Source: a virus (Duplodnaviria > Caudoviricetes). Taken from it: 40,656 bases of DNA. Made by a program: the position numbers and the translations under genes. Under the pieces are notes generated by a model. It was not told where the DNA came from. It ran no database searches and saw only the letters and a list, made by a program, of their open reading frames with translations. The stretch spans positions 1-40,656 of the IMG/VR virus record IMGVR_UViG_3300010361_000021; one strand, given 5' to 3'. This document shows positions 33,648-40,656 of the stretch, in pieces. Position 1 is the stretch's first letter, and the number at the start of each line of letters is the position of its first letter.

Positions 33648-33839
33648 CTAGCCTGCCGTCTCGCGCCCGAACATGAAGCCCACGGCAGAACCGACGACCA
33701 GCAGCGCTGCCTTGCTCGCGGCCTCATCCGTCGTCGGACTGACCACGATCCACGTCATCGCCACGATCAGCACGACGGCCACCACCACCGTTGCCAGCGT
33801 CTTGTACAGCGCGAGCTGACGGTCGCCCAGATCCTTCAC
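33648..33839 (-). CDS. Putative holin (2 TM segments)
   Basis: Two hydrophobic segments; lies downstream of the lysin. Confidence 0.6.
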   Translation of the reverse strand: MKDLGDRQLALYKTLATVVVAVVLIVAMTWIVVSPTTDEAASKAALLVVGSAVGFMFGRETAG

Positions 33840-33948
33840 GCCAGCGCAGCCTCACCTCAGCGCCGGCGAGGCCGGCTACGAAGCCCGCGATTGTCGGCAG
33901 CGCGTGGTTGCTGAGAAAATCGGCAACCAGCAGCAGGAACGGGGCCAC
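33724..33948 (-). CDS. Possible small membrane protein of the lysis cassette
   Basis: Hydrophobic LPTIAGFVAGLAGAEVRLRWR; the 3' part overlaps the holin-like gene. Confidence 0.4.
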   Translation of the reverse strand: MAPFLLLVADFLSNHALPTIAGFVAGLAGAEVRLRWREGSGRPSARAVQDAGNGGGGRRADRGDDVDRGQSDDG

Positions 33949-33960
33949 GCTGAGCCACGG

Positions 33961-34605
33961 TCAGTGCAGCAGCCACACCACGGAAAACGGCCCGAGCGCG
34001 TTGAACTGCGAGCGCGTCAGCGTGTCGTACACGCCCTGATAGCCGGGTGCCGAGTTGGCAATCCACAGGTTGCCGCCGTCCTGGCCGCGAACGGCGACCC
34101 AGTGATACCAGGCTCCGCCGGACATCATGCCCGTGGTGTCGGCGAACGTGGCGTAACAGGTGTCGTAGTTGAGCCACGCCTGGCCCGTGGTGACGCCGTA
34201 GTCGCCCACGACGCGTCGCAACTGGCTGCCGCTGCCATCCATCAGGCCGTACGTCGGGTTGATGTTCTGTGGGTAGCCGATGGCGTCGATGCACGACTGC
34301 TCGCTCGCGTTCGGGTCGAGTTGCGTCGCACGCAGCACCCAGGCGAGCGCGCACGCCGAGCAGCTCCACGAGTAGGCCTGCCGCGGCATGCCCTCGTTCG
34401 GGTTGTAGTCAGCCCACCAGCCAGACGGCGCCGGTGGCCCCGCCTCGGACTCGAGGACCGGCGGCCGCGGGGCGAGCTCCACGCCCGGATCGAGCGCCAG
34501 CACGTTGGCCTCCAGCGATGGGAAGCCGGTCCACTGCCCCTCCAGCATCTTGCGTAGCGAGTCGGTCAGCAGCGCTTGCTGCTGGTCGAGCTGGTCGAGC
34601 TCCAT
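33961..34605 (-). CDS. Putative endolysin, C39-like cysteine peptidase
   Basis: QAYSWSCSACALAW...YHWVAVRG...WIANSA gives Q-C-H-N papain-like residues; adjacent to holin-like genes; start MELDQLD. Confidence 0.72.
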   Translation of the reverse strand: MELDQLDQQQALLTDSLRKMLEGQWTGFPSLEANVLALDPGVELAPRPPVLESEAGPPAPSGWWADYNPNEGMPRQAYSWSCSACALAWVLRATQLDPNASEQSCIDAIGYPQNINPTYGLMDGSGSQLRRVVGDYGVTTGQAWLNYDTCYATFADTTGMMSGGAWYHWVAVRGQDGGNLWIANSAPGYQGVYDTLTRSQFNALGPFSVVWLLH

Positions 34606-34607
34606 GC

Positions 34608-34790
34608 TCACGACGAGAGCACCGGCGGGTCGGGGATGAGCTGGCCCTGCAACGTCGGGTCGAGCGCGTACAGATACGCCTCGACCGAGCCGGCGCCCTG
34701 CCAACGGCCCTCGAGGGCCGCGATGAGCGCGGCGGTCATCAAGGCCTGTTGTTGTTGTAACTGGGTAACGCGCGCGTCCTGCTCGCTCAT
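34608..34790 (-). CDS. 60-aa paralog of the lysin N-terminal domain
   Basis: QQQALMTAALIAALEGRWQG..SVEA...ALDP...PPVL aligns with the lysin N-terminus. Confidence 0.7.
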   Translation of the reverse strand: MSEQDARVTQLQQQQALMTAALIAALEGRWQGAGSVEAYLYALDPTLQGQLIPDPPVLSS

Positions 34791-34791
34791 G

Positions 34792-35001
34792 TCAGTGGTC
34801 GGGCTCCGCAAGCACGTGATTCTTGTCGGCAGACAGATAGGCGGGGTCGGTGCGCATCAGCACCTCGTATTCGTTCGGATCGAACAGCACCGCGACCTTG
34901 TGGGCGTTGCCGACCGCGCCGCCGGACGGCTCCATGCCCACGATCAGGCCGTTGCCCGGATCGACGTACACCACCTTGAACTGAAACTCGGTTTCGGTCA
35001 T
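34792..35001 (-). CDS. Hypothetical protein (69 aa)
   Basis: ORF track; tight spacing with neighbours. Confidence 0.65.
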   Translation of the reverse strand: MTETEFQFKVVYVDPGNGLIVGMEPSGGAVGNAHKVAVLFDPNEYEVLMRTDPAYLSADKNHVLAEPDH

Positions 35002-35004
35002 CTG

Positions 35005-35367
35005 CTACCCCAACTGCCAGCGACCCGGTCCGTCTTGACGGTTCACCTGTAAACGCACGTGCGACTCGGCGAGCGTGTCGGCGTCGGTGGCCGCGACCTG
35101 GCCGCACACGCAGCCGTCCGTCTGGCACTTGGTGACGAACATCTGCTGCACGCTCTGCGGCTGCGCTCCGCCACCCACCGGGTGGGTGCTGGCGGCCTGG
35201 CACACCGGGCAGACGACGATGAGAAAATTGTGGTCGTCGGTGCCAGCCGGATTTTTGGTGTGGACGATGGTGGTGGGATCGACGGTGCCCTCGTGTGCGC
35301 CGCCGGGCGCGTCGTCGTGATGCACCGTCCAGGGAGTCGTTGTGAAATCGCTTACGTAGACACTCAC
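35005..35367 (-). CDS. Hypothetical protein (120 aa), possible fibre chaperone
   Basis: GTGA overlap with the RBP stop; CPVC and CVC motifs. Confidence 0.6.
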   Translation of the reverse strand: MSVYVSDFTTTPWTVHHDDAPGGAHEGTVDPTTIVHTKNPAGTDDHNFLIVVCPVCQAASTHPVGGGAQPQSVQQMFVTKCQTDGCVCGQVAATDADTLAESHVRLQVNRQDGPGRWQLG

Positions 35368-36422
35368 GGGTTGGCCTCCGCTGTTACCGTACAGCCGCTC
35401 ACGCTGTTGTTGAACGACACCGTGCCGGTTGCCGTGGCCGTAGCGCCAATGGAGAAAAGGTCGGGACCGCCCCCGACAAAGCTGGGCTGATTGCAATTCG
35501 CGACAGGCCAGGTGCCGTTTTTGGTCAAGGTGGGATTCACCGCTTTGCTTGTACGGAATTGGATCGGTAACCACACTGCGGTGCCCGCCGCCTGATACAC
35601 CGTGAAATTAAAGGCCCCTGGCTGGATTCCGATGATCTCGTAGTACCGCTGAACTCGTGCCAGCTCTTCCTCCGGGTGCAGCGGCACGTAGTTGGCCGGC
35701 TGCGAGCCCACCACTAGATTGGCGTTGTCGAGATAGGCGGTGCAGGAGGCCGCGAAATACACGCCCACCCAGCCGTCCACTGTCCCGCTCGCCATGGTCG
35801 TTGTGACAGTCAGCGTCTGGTAGCCACCAGTCCCCGGATGGTACGCGCCGTACGTCCACGCGGAGCCGTTGTAGATGCCCAGACGTACGGCATTCGCAAC
35901 TGTCGTGCTGACCCGGACGGAAAGTGTCAACTGCCTGGAACTGAGTTGCCCGTAGTCAGCGCCGGCGCACTTCTGGCTGAACACCGTCCCACCAGCACCC
36001 GTCCCAAGCGTGAAGGTGCAGGCTGCACACGTGGCCGAGCCAGCGTCTTGATTCGCGGTGTTTCTGCTGACTGACAACGTATCTGTTCCGGCAAGCCCAA
36101 GCGTCCAGCGATCAGCCGCAAACGCGCCATTCGCCGTGAAGGGTCCGTTTCCCCTCTGCCAGAGTTCAAACCCACCATTCGTCAGTAAATTGGCGCGCGC
36201 CACGTCCGGGCCGAGCTTGGCGTTGGTGAGCGAGCCGTCGGCCACGCCCGCCGAGGTGATCGGGCCGCCCTGGTGCGCGCCACTATGGGTATGTCCGGAA
36301 CTGGCGTTGAACAGTGAGTCGACGGTGGTCAGGCTGCCACCGAGGTTCGTCTCCAGATAGGTGGCGGTGTCGTCCGAATCGACGGCGATGGCGAGCCCCA
36401 GCTCGGGGGTGATATTCGGCAT
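35364..36422 (-). CDS. Tail fibre / receptor-binding protein
   Basis: AGGAGG RBS, start MPNITPELGL; GHTHSG, NLLTNGGFELWQRG...ADRW (CBM-like) and EELARVQRYY motifs typical of phage fibres. Confidence 0.8.
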   Translation of the reverse strand: MPNITPELGLAIAVDSDDTATYLETNLGGSLTTVDSLFNASSGHTHSGAHQGGPITSAGVADGSLTNAKLGPDVARANLLTNGGFELWQRGNGPFTANGAFAADRWTLGLAGTDTLSVSRNTANQDAGSATCAACTFTLGTGAGGTVFSQKCAGADYGQLSSRQLTLSVRVSTTVANAVRLGIYNGSAWTYGAYHPGTGGYQTLTVTTTMASGTVDGWVGVYFAASCTAYLDNANLVVGSQPANYVPLHPEEELARVQRYYEIIGIQPGAFNFTVYQAAGTAVWLPIQFRTSKAVNPTLTKNGTWPVANCNQPSFVGGGPDLFSIGATATATGTVSFNNSVSGCTVTAEANP

Positions 36423-36427
36423 GTTCT

Positions 36428-37900
36428 CTAGCGCCTCCTGAGGATGGGAGTAGACGGGGGTCGGGGCCGACGCGGCAGTGGTGCTGGCGACGGTGGTCTG
36501 GACGTGTGCCACGGCAGCACCACGAGCCGGGGTGGTGTCTGTGAGCCGCGCACGCCAAAGCACAGTGACCGTGCCGGTACCGCGAAGCAGCGATCGCGCG
36601 CGCCGGTGACAAAGGTGAGCGCACGTGGGCCAACCTCGAAGCGCTGCAGCGGGCCCATCGCCAGCAACTGCAGACTGACCGTCTGAGTCTGCGTCGCGGA
36701 CACCACCGAGCGATGCGGGCCCAGCCCTAGCAACGAGAAGGCGAAGCCCTGCGTCACGCTCCGGATCAGGTCGACCTGTTGCTGCAGGCGCGTCGTCTGC
36801 GGTTGGCTGATCGCGAGGAACCACAGCACGATGCGCTGCAGGCTGGCGCTGGCCGACTGGGCCTGGGTTGTCGTCAGGGTGCGGAAGACCAGGCGCGACG
36901 CGGCGATGCTCGCGCTCTGGGCCTGGACGAGCGTACGGCGCAGGCCGACCTGTTCGAGCAGGCGCGCGGTCTGCGCCTGAGTGGCTAGCAGCAGGCGCCC
37001 GAACGACGCGTGCAGACTGACCGCGGTCACCTCGACGATGACGCGCGCTACGCGTACTTGCTGGACAAGCACGAGGTGGTAGAGCGAGCCGATGCTCTGG
37101 CCGCGCAGCTGTCCCACGCTGGTGCCGCGCAGGCTACCCACCAGCGTCGGCGAGCCCTGGCGCTGGATGACGCTCAGCACCATGCTGCGCTGCAGCAGGT
37201 GCGCGACCTGGGCTTGCGCCGCGCTCAGCGTCAGCAGCGCGACCCTGCGCGCGCTGATGCCGAGCGCTTGCGACTGGACCGTGGTGACGGTGCGCGTCAG
37301 CACGCGGCTCACGCTGAGCGCGAGCGCTTGCGGCTGGCCCAGCGCGCGTGTCAGGGTGATCGCTCGCCCGGCCAGCAGCGCGGTCTGTGCCTGGCTGAGG
37401 CCGCGGCGCACCTGCGCCTGTTTCAGCAGGGACGTGGCCTGCGCCTGCGCCGCCGTCAGCGTGCGCAGCACGGTGCGCGCGGCGATCAGACTCGCGCTCT
37501 GCGCTTCGGCGATCACGCGTGTCAGGCTGACCGCGCGGCGCACGCTGAGTGACTCGGCCTGGACCGCGGCGACGGTGCGCAGCAACGACTGGCGCACGCT
37601 CAGCGCGAGCGTCTGCGCCTCGGTCAGGGCGCGCGTCAGGCTCACCTGGCGACGGAGCGCGACCGTCTGCGCCTCGGTCGCCGTCACGACGCGCAGGAAG
37701 ATTTTCTGGGTGATCAGGCTCAGCGCCTGCGGCTGTGCCAGCACACGCGTCAGGTTGATGGCACGTCGGAGGCTGAGCGCCTGGGTCTGGGGCAGGGAGC
37801 CCTTCAGCGAGCCGACCGTCCGCCCGCGCATACCGCCGACGGTGGTGCCGCGAAACGTGGAGATGGGGACCAGCGGCAACCAGTACTGATACGCCGTCAC
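36428..37900 (-). CDS. Repeat-rich virion protein (490 aa, 18/20-aa x(Q/E)xQ repeats)
   Basis: GTGA-coupled start VTAYQYW; about 17 repeats such as TEAQTVALRRQVSLTRAL and TEAQTLALSVRQSLLRTVAA. Confidence 0.75.
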   Translation of the reverse strand: MTAYQYWLPLVPISTFRGTTVGGMRGRTVGSLKGSLPQTQALSLRRAINLTRVLAQPQALSLITQKIFLRVVTATEAQTVALRRQVSLTRALTEAQTLALSVRQSLLRTVAAVQAESLSVRRAVSLTRVIAEAQSASLIAARTVLRTLTAAQAQATSLLKQAQVRRGLSQAQTALLAGRAITLTRALGQPQALALSVSRVLTRTVTTVQSQALGISARRVALLTLSAAQAQVAHLLQRSMVLSVIQRQGSPTLVGSLRGTSVGQLRGQSIGSLYHLVLVQQVRVARVIVEVTAVSLHASFGRLLLATQAQTARLLEQVGLRRTLVQAQSASIAASRLVFRTLTTTQAQSASASLQRIVLWFLAISQPQTTRLQQQVDLIRSVTQGFAFSLLGLGPHRSVVSATQTQTVSLQLLAMGPLQRFEVGPRALTFVTGARDRCFAVPARSLCFGVRGSQTPPRLVVLPWHTSRPPSPAPLPRRPRPPSTPILRRR

Positions 37901-38241
37901 GCGACGCACTCCACGATCAGGTACGGCGCCCAGATGGTCACGCCGTCGGTGCTGAACTGGATGACCAGGCGGTAGCGCTGGTGCGGCACCAGGCTGGTCA
38001 CGATCTGGGTCATGCTGGCGCCGTCGATCTGTACCGGGCCGGCGCGCCCGGCGGCGTAGTCGGTGCCGACGTTGAGCTGGATCAACTGCGCCGACGCGAA
38101 CAGGATCGGGGTCGTCCCCAGCATGCCACTGGCGTCGAAGCAGAGCGGCAGCGTTTCCCAGGAGTCCATGCGGAAGAACTCCGGGAAGACCGCCGGGGCG
38201 CCGTCGCAACTGGTGGGCAGCGACGGCCAGGTCAGCGTCAT
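37897..38241 (-). CDS. Small beta-sandwich protein, possible fibre adaptor
   Basis: ETLPLCFDAS..L...YRLVIQFSTDG pattern resembles small Ig-like fibre adaptors; inference. Confidence 0.55.
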   Translation of the reverse strand: MTLTWPSLPTSCDGAPAVFPEFFRMDSWETLPLCFDASGMLGTTPILFASAQLIQLNVGTDYAAGRAGPVQIDGASMTQIVTSLVPHQRYRLVIQFSTDGVTIWAPYLIVECVA

Positions 38242-38246
38242 GCGAT

Positions 38247-38723
38247 CTAGCCGGCTATTTTCCAGTGTGCTGGAACTTCATCCATGACTTCGTGCGCGAT
38301 GTCGCGCTTGACGATGAGCCAGGGGCTGAGCAGACGGAGAAACTCTCTGGCGTTGGCACCGCCGATGATCCAGTTGTAGCGGATTTTGTGCTTCGGATTG
38401 TTATCGGTATGTCCTGCTATGAAACCAATCCCTGTCCACTCTTTCACACGACTGAGAAGCTCAATGTTCGTGTTGGTGATGCTGACTCGCAGGATCCGAT
38501 TCTTGTATTTGGGGCGTGTGAAGGTGATGACGTTGCCTTCGCCATCGAGCAAGCCTGCAAGCCACGCGATCTGTTCACTGGTGAGGGATTTCAGAAGCAT
38601 GCGAGGCTGCTCACTGCATCGGCGTGAGCAGTACTTCTGAGTTTCGAAACGTCCAATAAACGGATGAAAGGGGTGCCCACATCGCAAACAGGGCTTCGAT
38701 TGCGCGAGTCGTTTGCCTGCCAC
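38247..38723 (-). CDS. Free-standing LAGLIDADG homing endonuclease with Zn finger
   Basis: IAWLAGLLDGEG, SITNTN, PWLIVKR; N-terminal CLRC...YCSRRC; TACAAT 6 nt before GTG 38723; low GC. Confidence 0.9.
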   Translation of the reverse strand: MAGKRLAQSKPCLRCGHPFHPFIGRFETQKYCSRRCSEQPRMLLKSLTSEQIAWLAGLLDGEGNVITFTRPKYKNRILRVSITNTNIELLSRVKEWTGIGFIAGHTDNNPKHKIRYNWIIGGANAREFLRLLSPWLIVKRDIAHEVMDEVPAHWKIAG

Positions 38724-38766
38724 CCAGTCATTGTAGACTACTAGGTGCATGATAATACGAGACACA

Positions 38767-39162
38767 TCAAGTGAACTGTACACGGCAGGTTAATTGGATG
38801 CTGTCTCCGGAATTAAGTGCTTGGGATAGTCCATCAAAGATCGCAAAGAGCACACCGCCGGATGGTGGTGAGCCTGACCCAGCGGCATCGAAAAGACCAA
38901 CATTGGTGATCGTCTTGGCACCAGTGGCCGTCAATGTTCCAACGCATTGGAACGTGTCGTTGGTATTCGTGGTGGTGAACTGGCTCGAGACACCGCTGGC
39001 GCGCGCCTCGGCGGCCGGCGTGCTGAGGTCCGTCGAGGCGGCCGAGCCAGCTGTCGCGCCGGTGCCCCAGCCGATGAAGTGCGGCTCTGCCTGGCTCGGC
39101 GTCGCGCCGAACATCCGACCCGAAATTACGGCTTTTCCGACGGTCGGGACCAAGGAACTCAC
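38767..39162 (-). CDS. Small beta-rich fibre/collar-type structural protein (131 aa)
   Basis: FIGWGTG...TDL...ITNVGLFDA...LNSGDSIQLT pattern of phage fibre subunits; AGGAGGT RBS. Confidence 0.7.
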   Translation of the reverse strand: MSSLVPTVGKAVISGRMFGATPSQAEPHFIGWGTGATAGSAASTDLSTPAAEARASGVSSQFTTTNTNDTFQCVGTLTATGAKTITNVGLFDAAGSGSPPSGGVLFAIFDGLSQALNSGDSIQLTCRVQFT

Positions 39163-39197
39163 AGTGGCTTACCTCCTGGCTGAGTACAATAGTAGCT

Positions 39198-39833
39198 ATG
39201 AGTCACCGCACTCTCCACGCGGCCTGCGCTCACTGTGGCGTTTCGTTCATGGGCATCGCGCGTCAGCGGTTCTGTGGTCAGGCGTGTGCTGCCATTGGGC
39301 GGAACAGACCTGGGGCCCGTCGCTACATGAAAAAGTGGACCGAGGAGGATCTCGACGTTGCCCACGCGCGCGTCCTCGCTGGGGTCACGGTCAGACAGAT
39401 CGCTGCCGAACGAAACGTGAATCAGACTTCCCTTGGAAGACTCCTGAAACGACGATTCGCGTATGCGCCCACGCCATACCGTCGTCCCACACTCACCATC
39501 CCGGATGATGTAGCCGTTCGGGCCTACATCGCCGGAATCATTGATGGCGAAGGCTCGATTCCATTCTTGAACAACCACTGGTGTGTCAAGGTGGCGATGA
39601 CAGATGAACCGGTCATCCGATGGTTGCACGCATTTGGAGCCCACCTCGAAGTCCGTGACCGAACCACACAATTGAAGGTGGACGGTACGCCGAAGAAACG
39701 GGTCTATTGCTGGCAAGTGCATCGTCGCCATGACGTCGTTCACTTGCTTACCGCAATCTTTCCCTACCTGATCGTCAAGCGTGAGCGCGCTCAGCACGTT
39801 CTATCTCTCTACTCCGACGCTTGGGACGAGTGA
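39198..39833 (+). CDS. Free-standing LAGLIDADG homing endonuclease with Zn finger and HTH
   Basis: AYIAGIIDGEGSI, VAMTD, PYLIVKR; TACAAT 7 nt before the ATG; antisense to the module. Confidence 0.9.
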   Translation: MSHRTLHAACAHCGVSFMGIARQRFCGQACAAIGRNRPGARRYMKKWTEEDLDVAHARVLAGVTVRQIAAERNVNQTSLGRLLKRRFAYAPTPYRRPTLTIPDDVAVRAYIAGIIDGEGSIPFLNNHWCVKVAMTDEPVIRWLHAFGAHLEVRDRTTQLKVDGTPKKRVYCWQVHRRHDVVHLLTAIFPYLIVKRERAQHVLSLYSDAWDE

Positions 39834-39839
39834 CGCCAC
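39801..39839 (-). pseudogene. Orphaned original 5' end of the 131-aa gene
   Basis: AAGGAGG RBS then GTG GCG TCA CTC GTC CCA AGC GTC GGA (VASLVPSVG), versus VSSLVPTVG at 39162. Confidence 0.7.
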
Positions 39840-40024
39840 GTCCAGTAGGCCTCCTTGATCTTCTGTTTGATATCGAATCGACGATCGAAGCTTGCCACCA
39901 CGCCACGGTCGAGGACCTTGCGCTCCGGACACTCGAGCGCGCACTCTGCGTGCACCCGACAGGCGCGGATGACCCGGATGCTGAGCGTGCCGCTGGTGGG
40001 CTGCGGCGTGTGGGGAAAACTCAC
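39809..40024 (-). CDS. Hypothetical protein (71 aa)
   Basis: GTGA overlap with the upstream stop; VIRACRVHAECALECP. Confidence 0.6.
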   Translation of the reverse strand: MSFPHTPQPTSGTLSIRVIRACRVHAECALECPERKVLDRGVVASFDRRFDIKQKIKEAYWTWRHSSQASE

Positions 40025-40656
40025 ATCGTTCTCAATTCGCCCACGGTGTAGCCGCGCAGGTTGCCCACCAGGTTGCCGCGCAGGCGGCCCACGGTGCCGA
40101 TGACGGCCTCGGTCGTGAACTGGGTCAACTGCAGGTCGATGGCCCACTGCTGGCCGAAGCGCGCCTGTTTGCCGTCGTGTGGCAGCAGGCGCTCCTGGTA
40201 CTGCACGAAGGCGAGCCCTTCGATCGTCTCGTCCGGGAGTTCCACGGTGGCCAGGTAGGGCTGGGCAGAGACGGTGACGAGCACGTCGCGGATCTGGCGA
40301 CCCGACTGGCGCACGCTGGCGCCGTCCTTGCGGGCGACCACGTCGCGGGCGTCGATGGTCGCCGTCCAGTCGTAACGGAAGTCCGGCACCACGCGCGCGT
40401 GGAAGCCGAGCCCTTCGAACACCGGTGTCTCCGACGTGGACAGGTTGGCCAGGTCCACGGCGAATTCGCAGGCGATGCCGGCCACGTTCGGCGGCAGGTT
40501 CACGCGCTGACCGTTCAGCGTGATGGGTGGGGTGACCGCGTGCCAGGCGGTGTCGCCCATCGGACCGGGGAAGCCGGTCGAGCCGCGCAGGCGGTAGCTG
40601 ACGGTGGCGTTGTCGCCCCAGTTCATGCGCGGGCCGTAGCCGCTGACGGCGGCGTA
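40021..40656 (-). CDS. C-terminal part of a tail protein, possibly nozzle-like (partial)
   Basis: Frame open to the window edge; beta-rich; ends with VGxLRG repeats; function inferred from position. Confidence 0.55.
   Translation of the reverse strand, partial: YAAVSGYGPRMNWGDNATVSYRLRGSTGFPGPMGDTAWHAVTPPITLNGQRVNLPPNVAGIACEFAVDLANLSTSETPVFEGLGFHARVVPDFRYDWTATIDARDVVARKDGASVRQSGRQIRDVLVTVSAQPYLATVELPDETIEGLAFVQYQERLLPHDGKQARFGQQWAIDLQLTQFTTEAVIGTVGRLRGNLVGNLRGYTVGELRTM

Noticed and set aside
35364-36422. Diversity-generating retroelement acting on the RBP
   Set aside because: No reverse transcriptase and no adenine-variant TR/VR repeat pair seen; the lower GC of the C-terminal part is better explained by domain swapping.
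38247-39833. Group I introns or inteins hosting the LAGLIDADG genes
   Set aside because: Flanks are too short for a ribozyme core, there are no intein splice-junction residues in frame with a host gene, and each has its own -10 box.

Overview
The window is almost entirely a high-GC temperate tailed phage (or prophage) genome, probably close to complete and circularly permuted: both edges cut minus-strand virion genes that could belong to one tail module. No host genes, tRNAs, rRNAs or CRISPR arrays are visible. Most genes are on the minus strand. In transcription order they run: tail nozzle-like gene, fibre module interrupted by two LAGLIDADG endonucleases, receptor-binding protein, C39-like lysin and holin-like genes; a short plus-strand block with a DNA methyltransferase; Xre HTH, tyrosine integrase and convergent excisionase; an early/replication operon (RHH regulator, secreted Rpf-type transglycosylase, VRR-NUC, primase-polymerase/helicase, Cas4/RecB-like nuclease, CX5R phosphatase-like); a plus-strand terminase small subunit; a self-contained operon with a Gp88-like gene; terminase large subunit, portal, HNH, a cluster of small basic proteins, three large probable ejection proteins, scaffold, HK97-type capsid and FN3 decoration proteins. 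No tail tube or tape measure gene was recognised, so a short-tailed virion is inferred. GAAC-N4-GTTC boxes, leaderless promoters and an Rpf domain point to a high-GC monoderm host (Actinomycetota or Chloroflexota-like; inference). The strongest leads are a possible ruler-templated fibre system, a stand-alone secreted Rpf, a homing endonuclease that rebuilt its target gene's start, possible host-LexA control of induction, and a lysin whose N-terminal domain is duplicated as a separate gene. All product calls come from reading motifs by eye; no searches were run.
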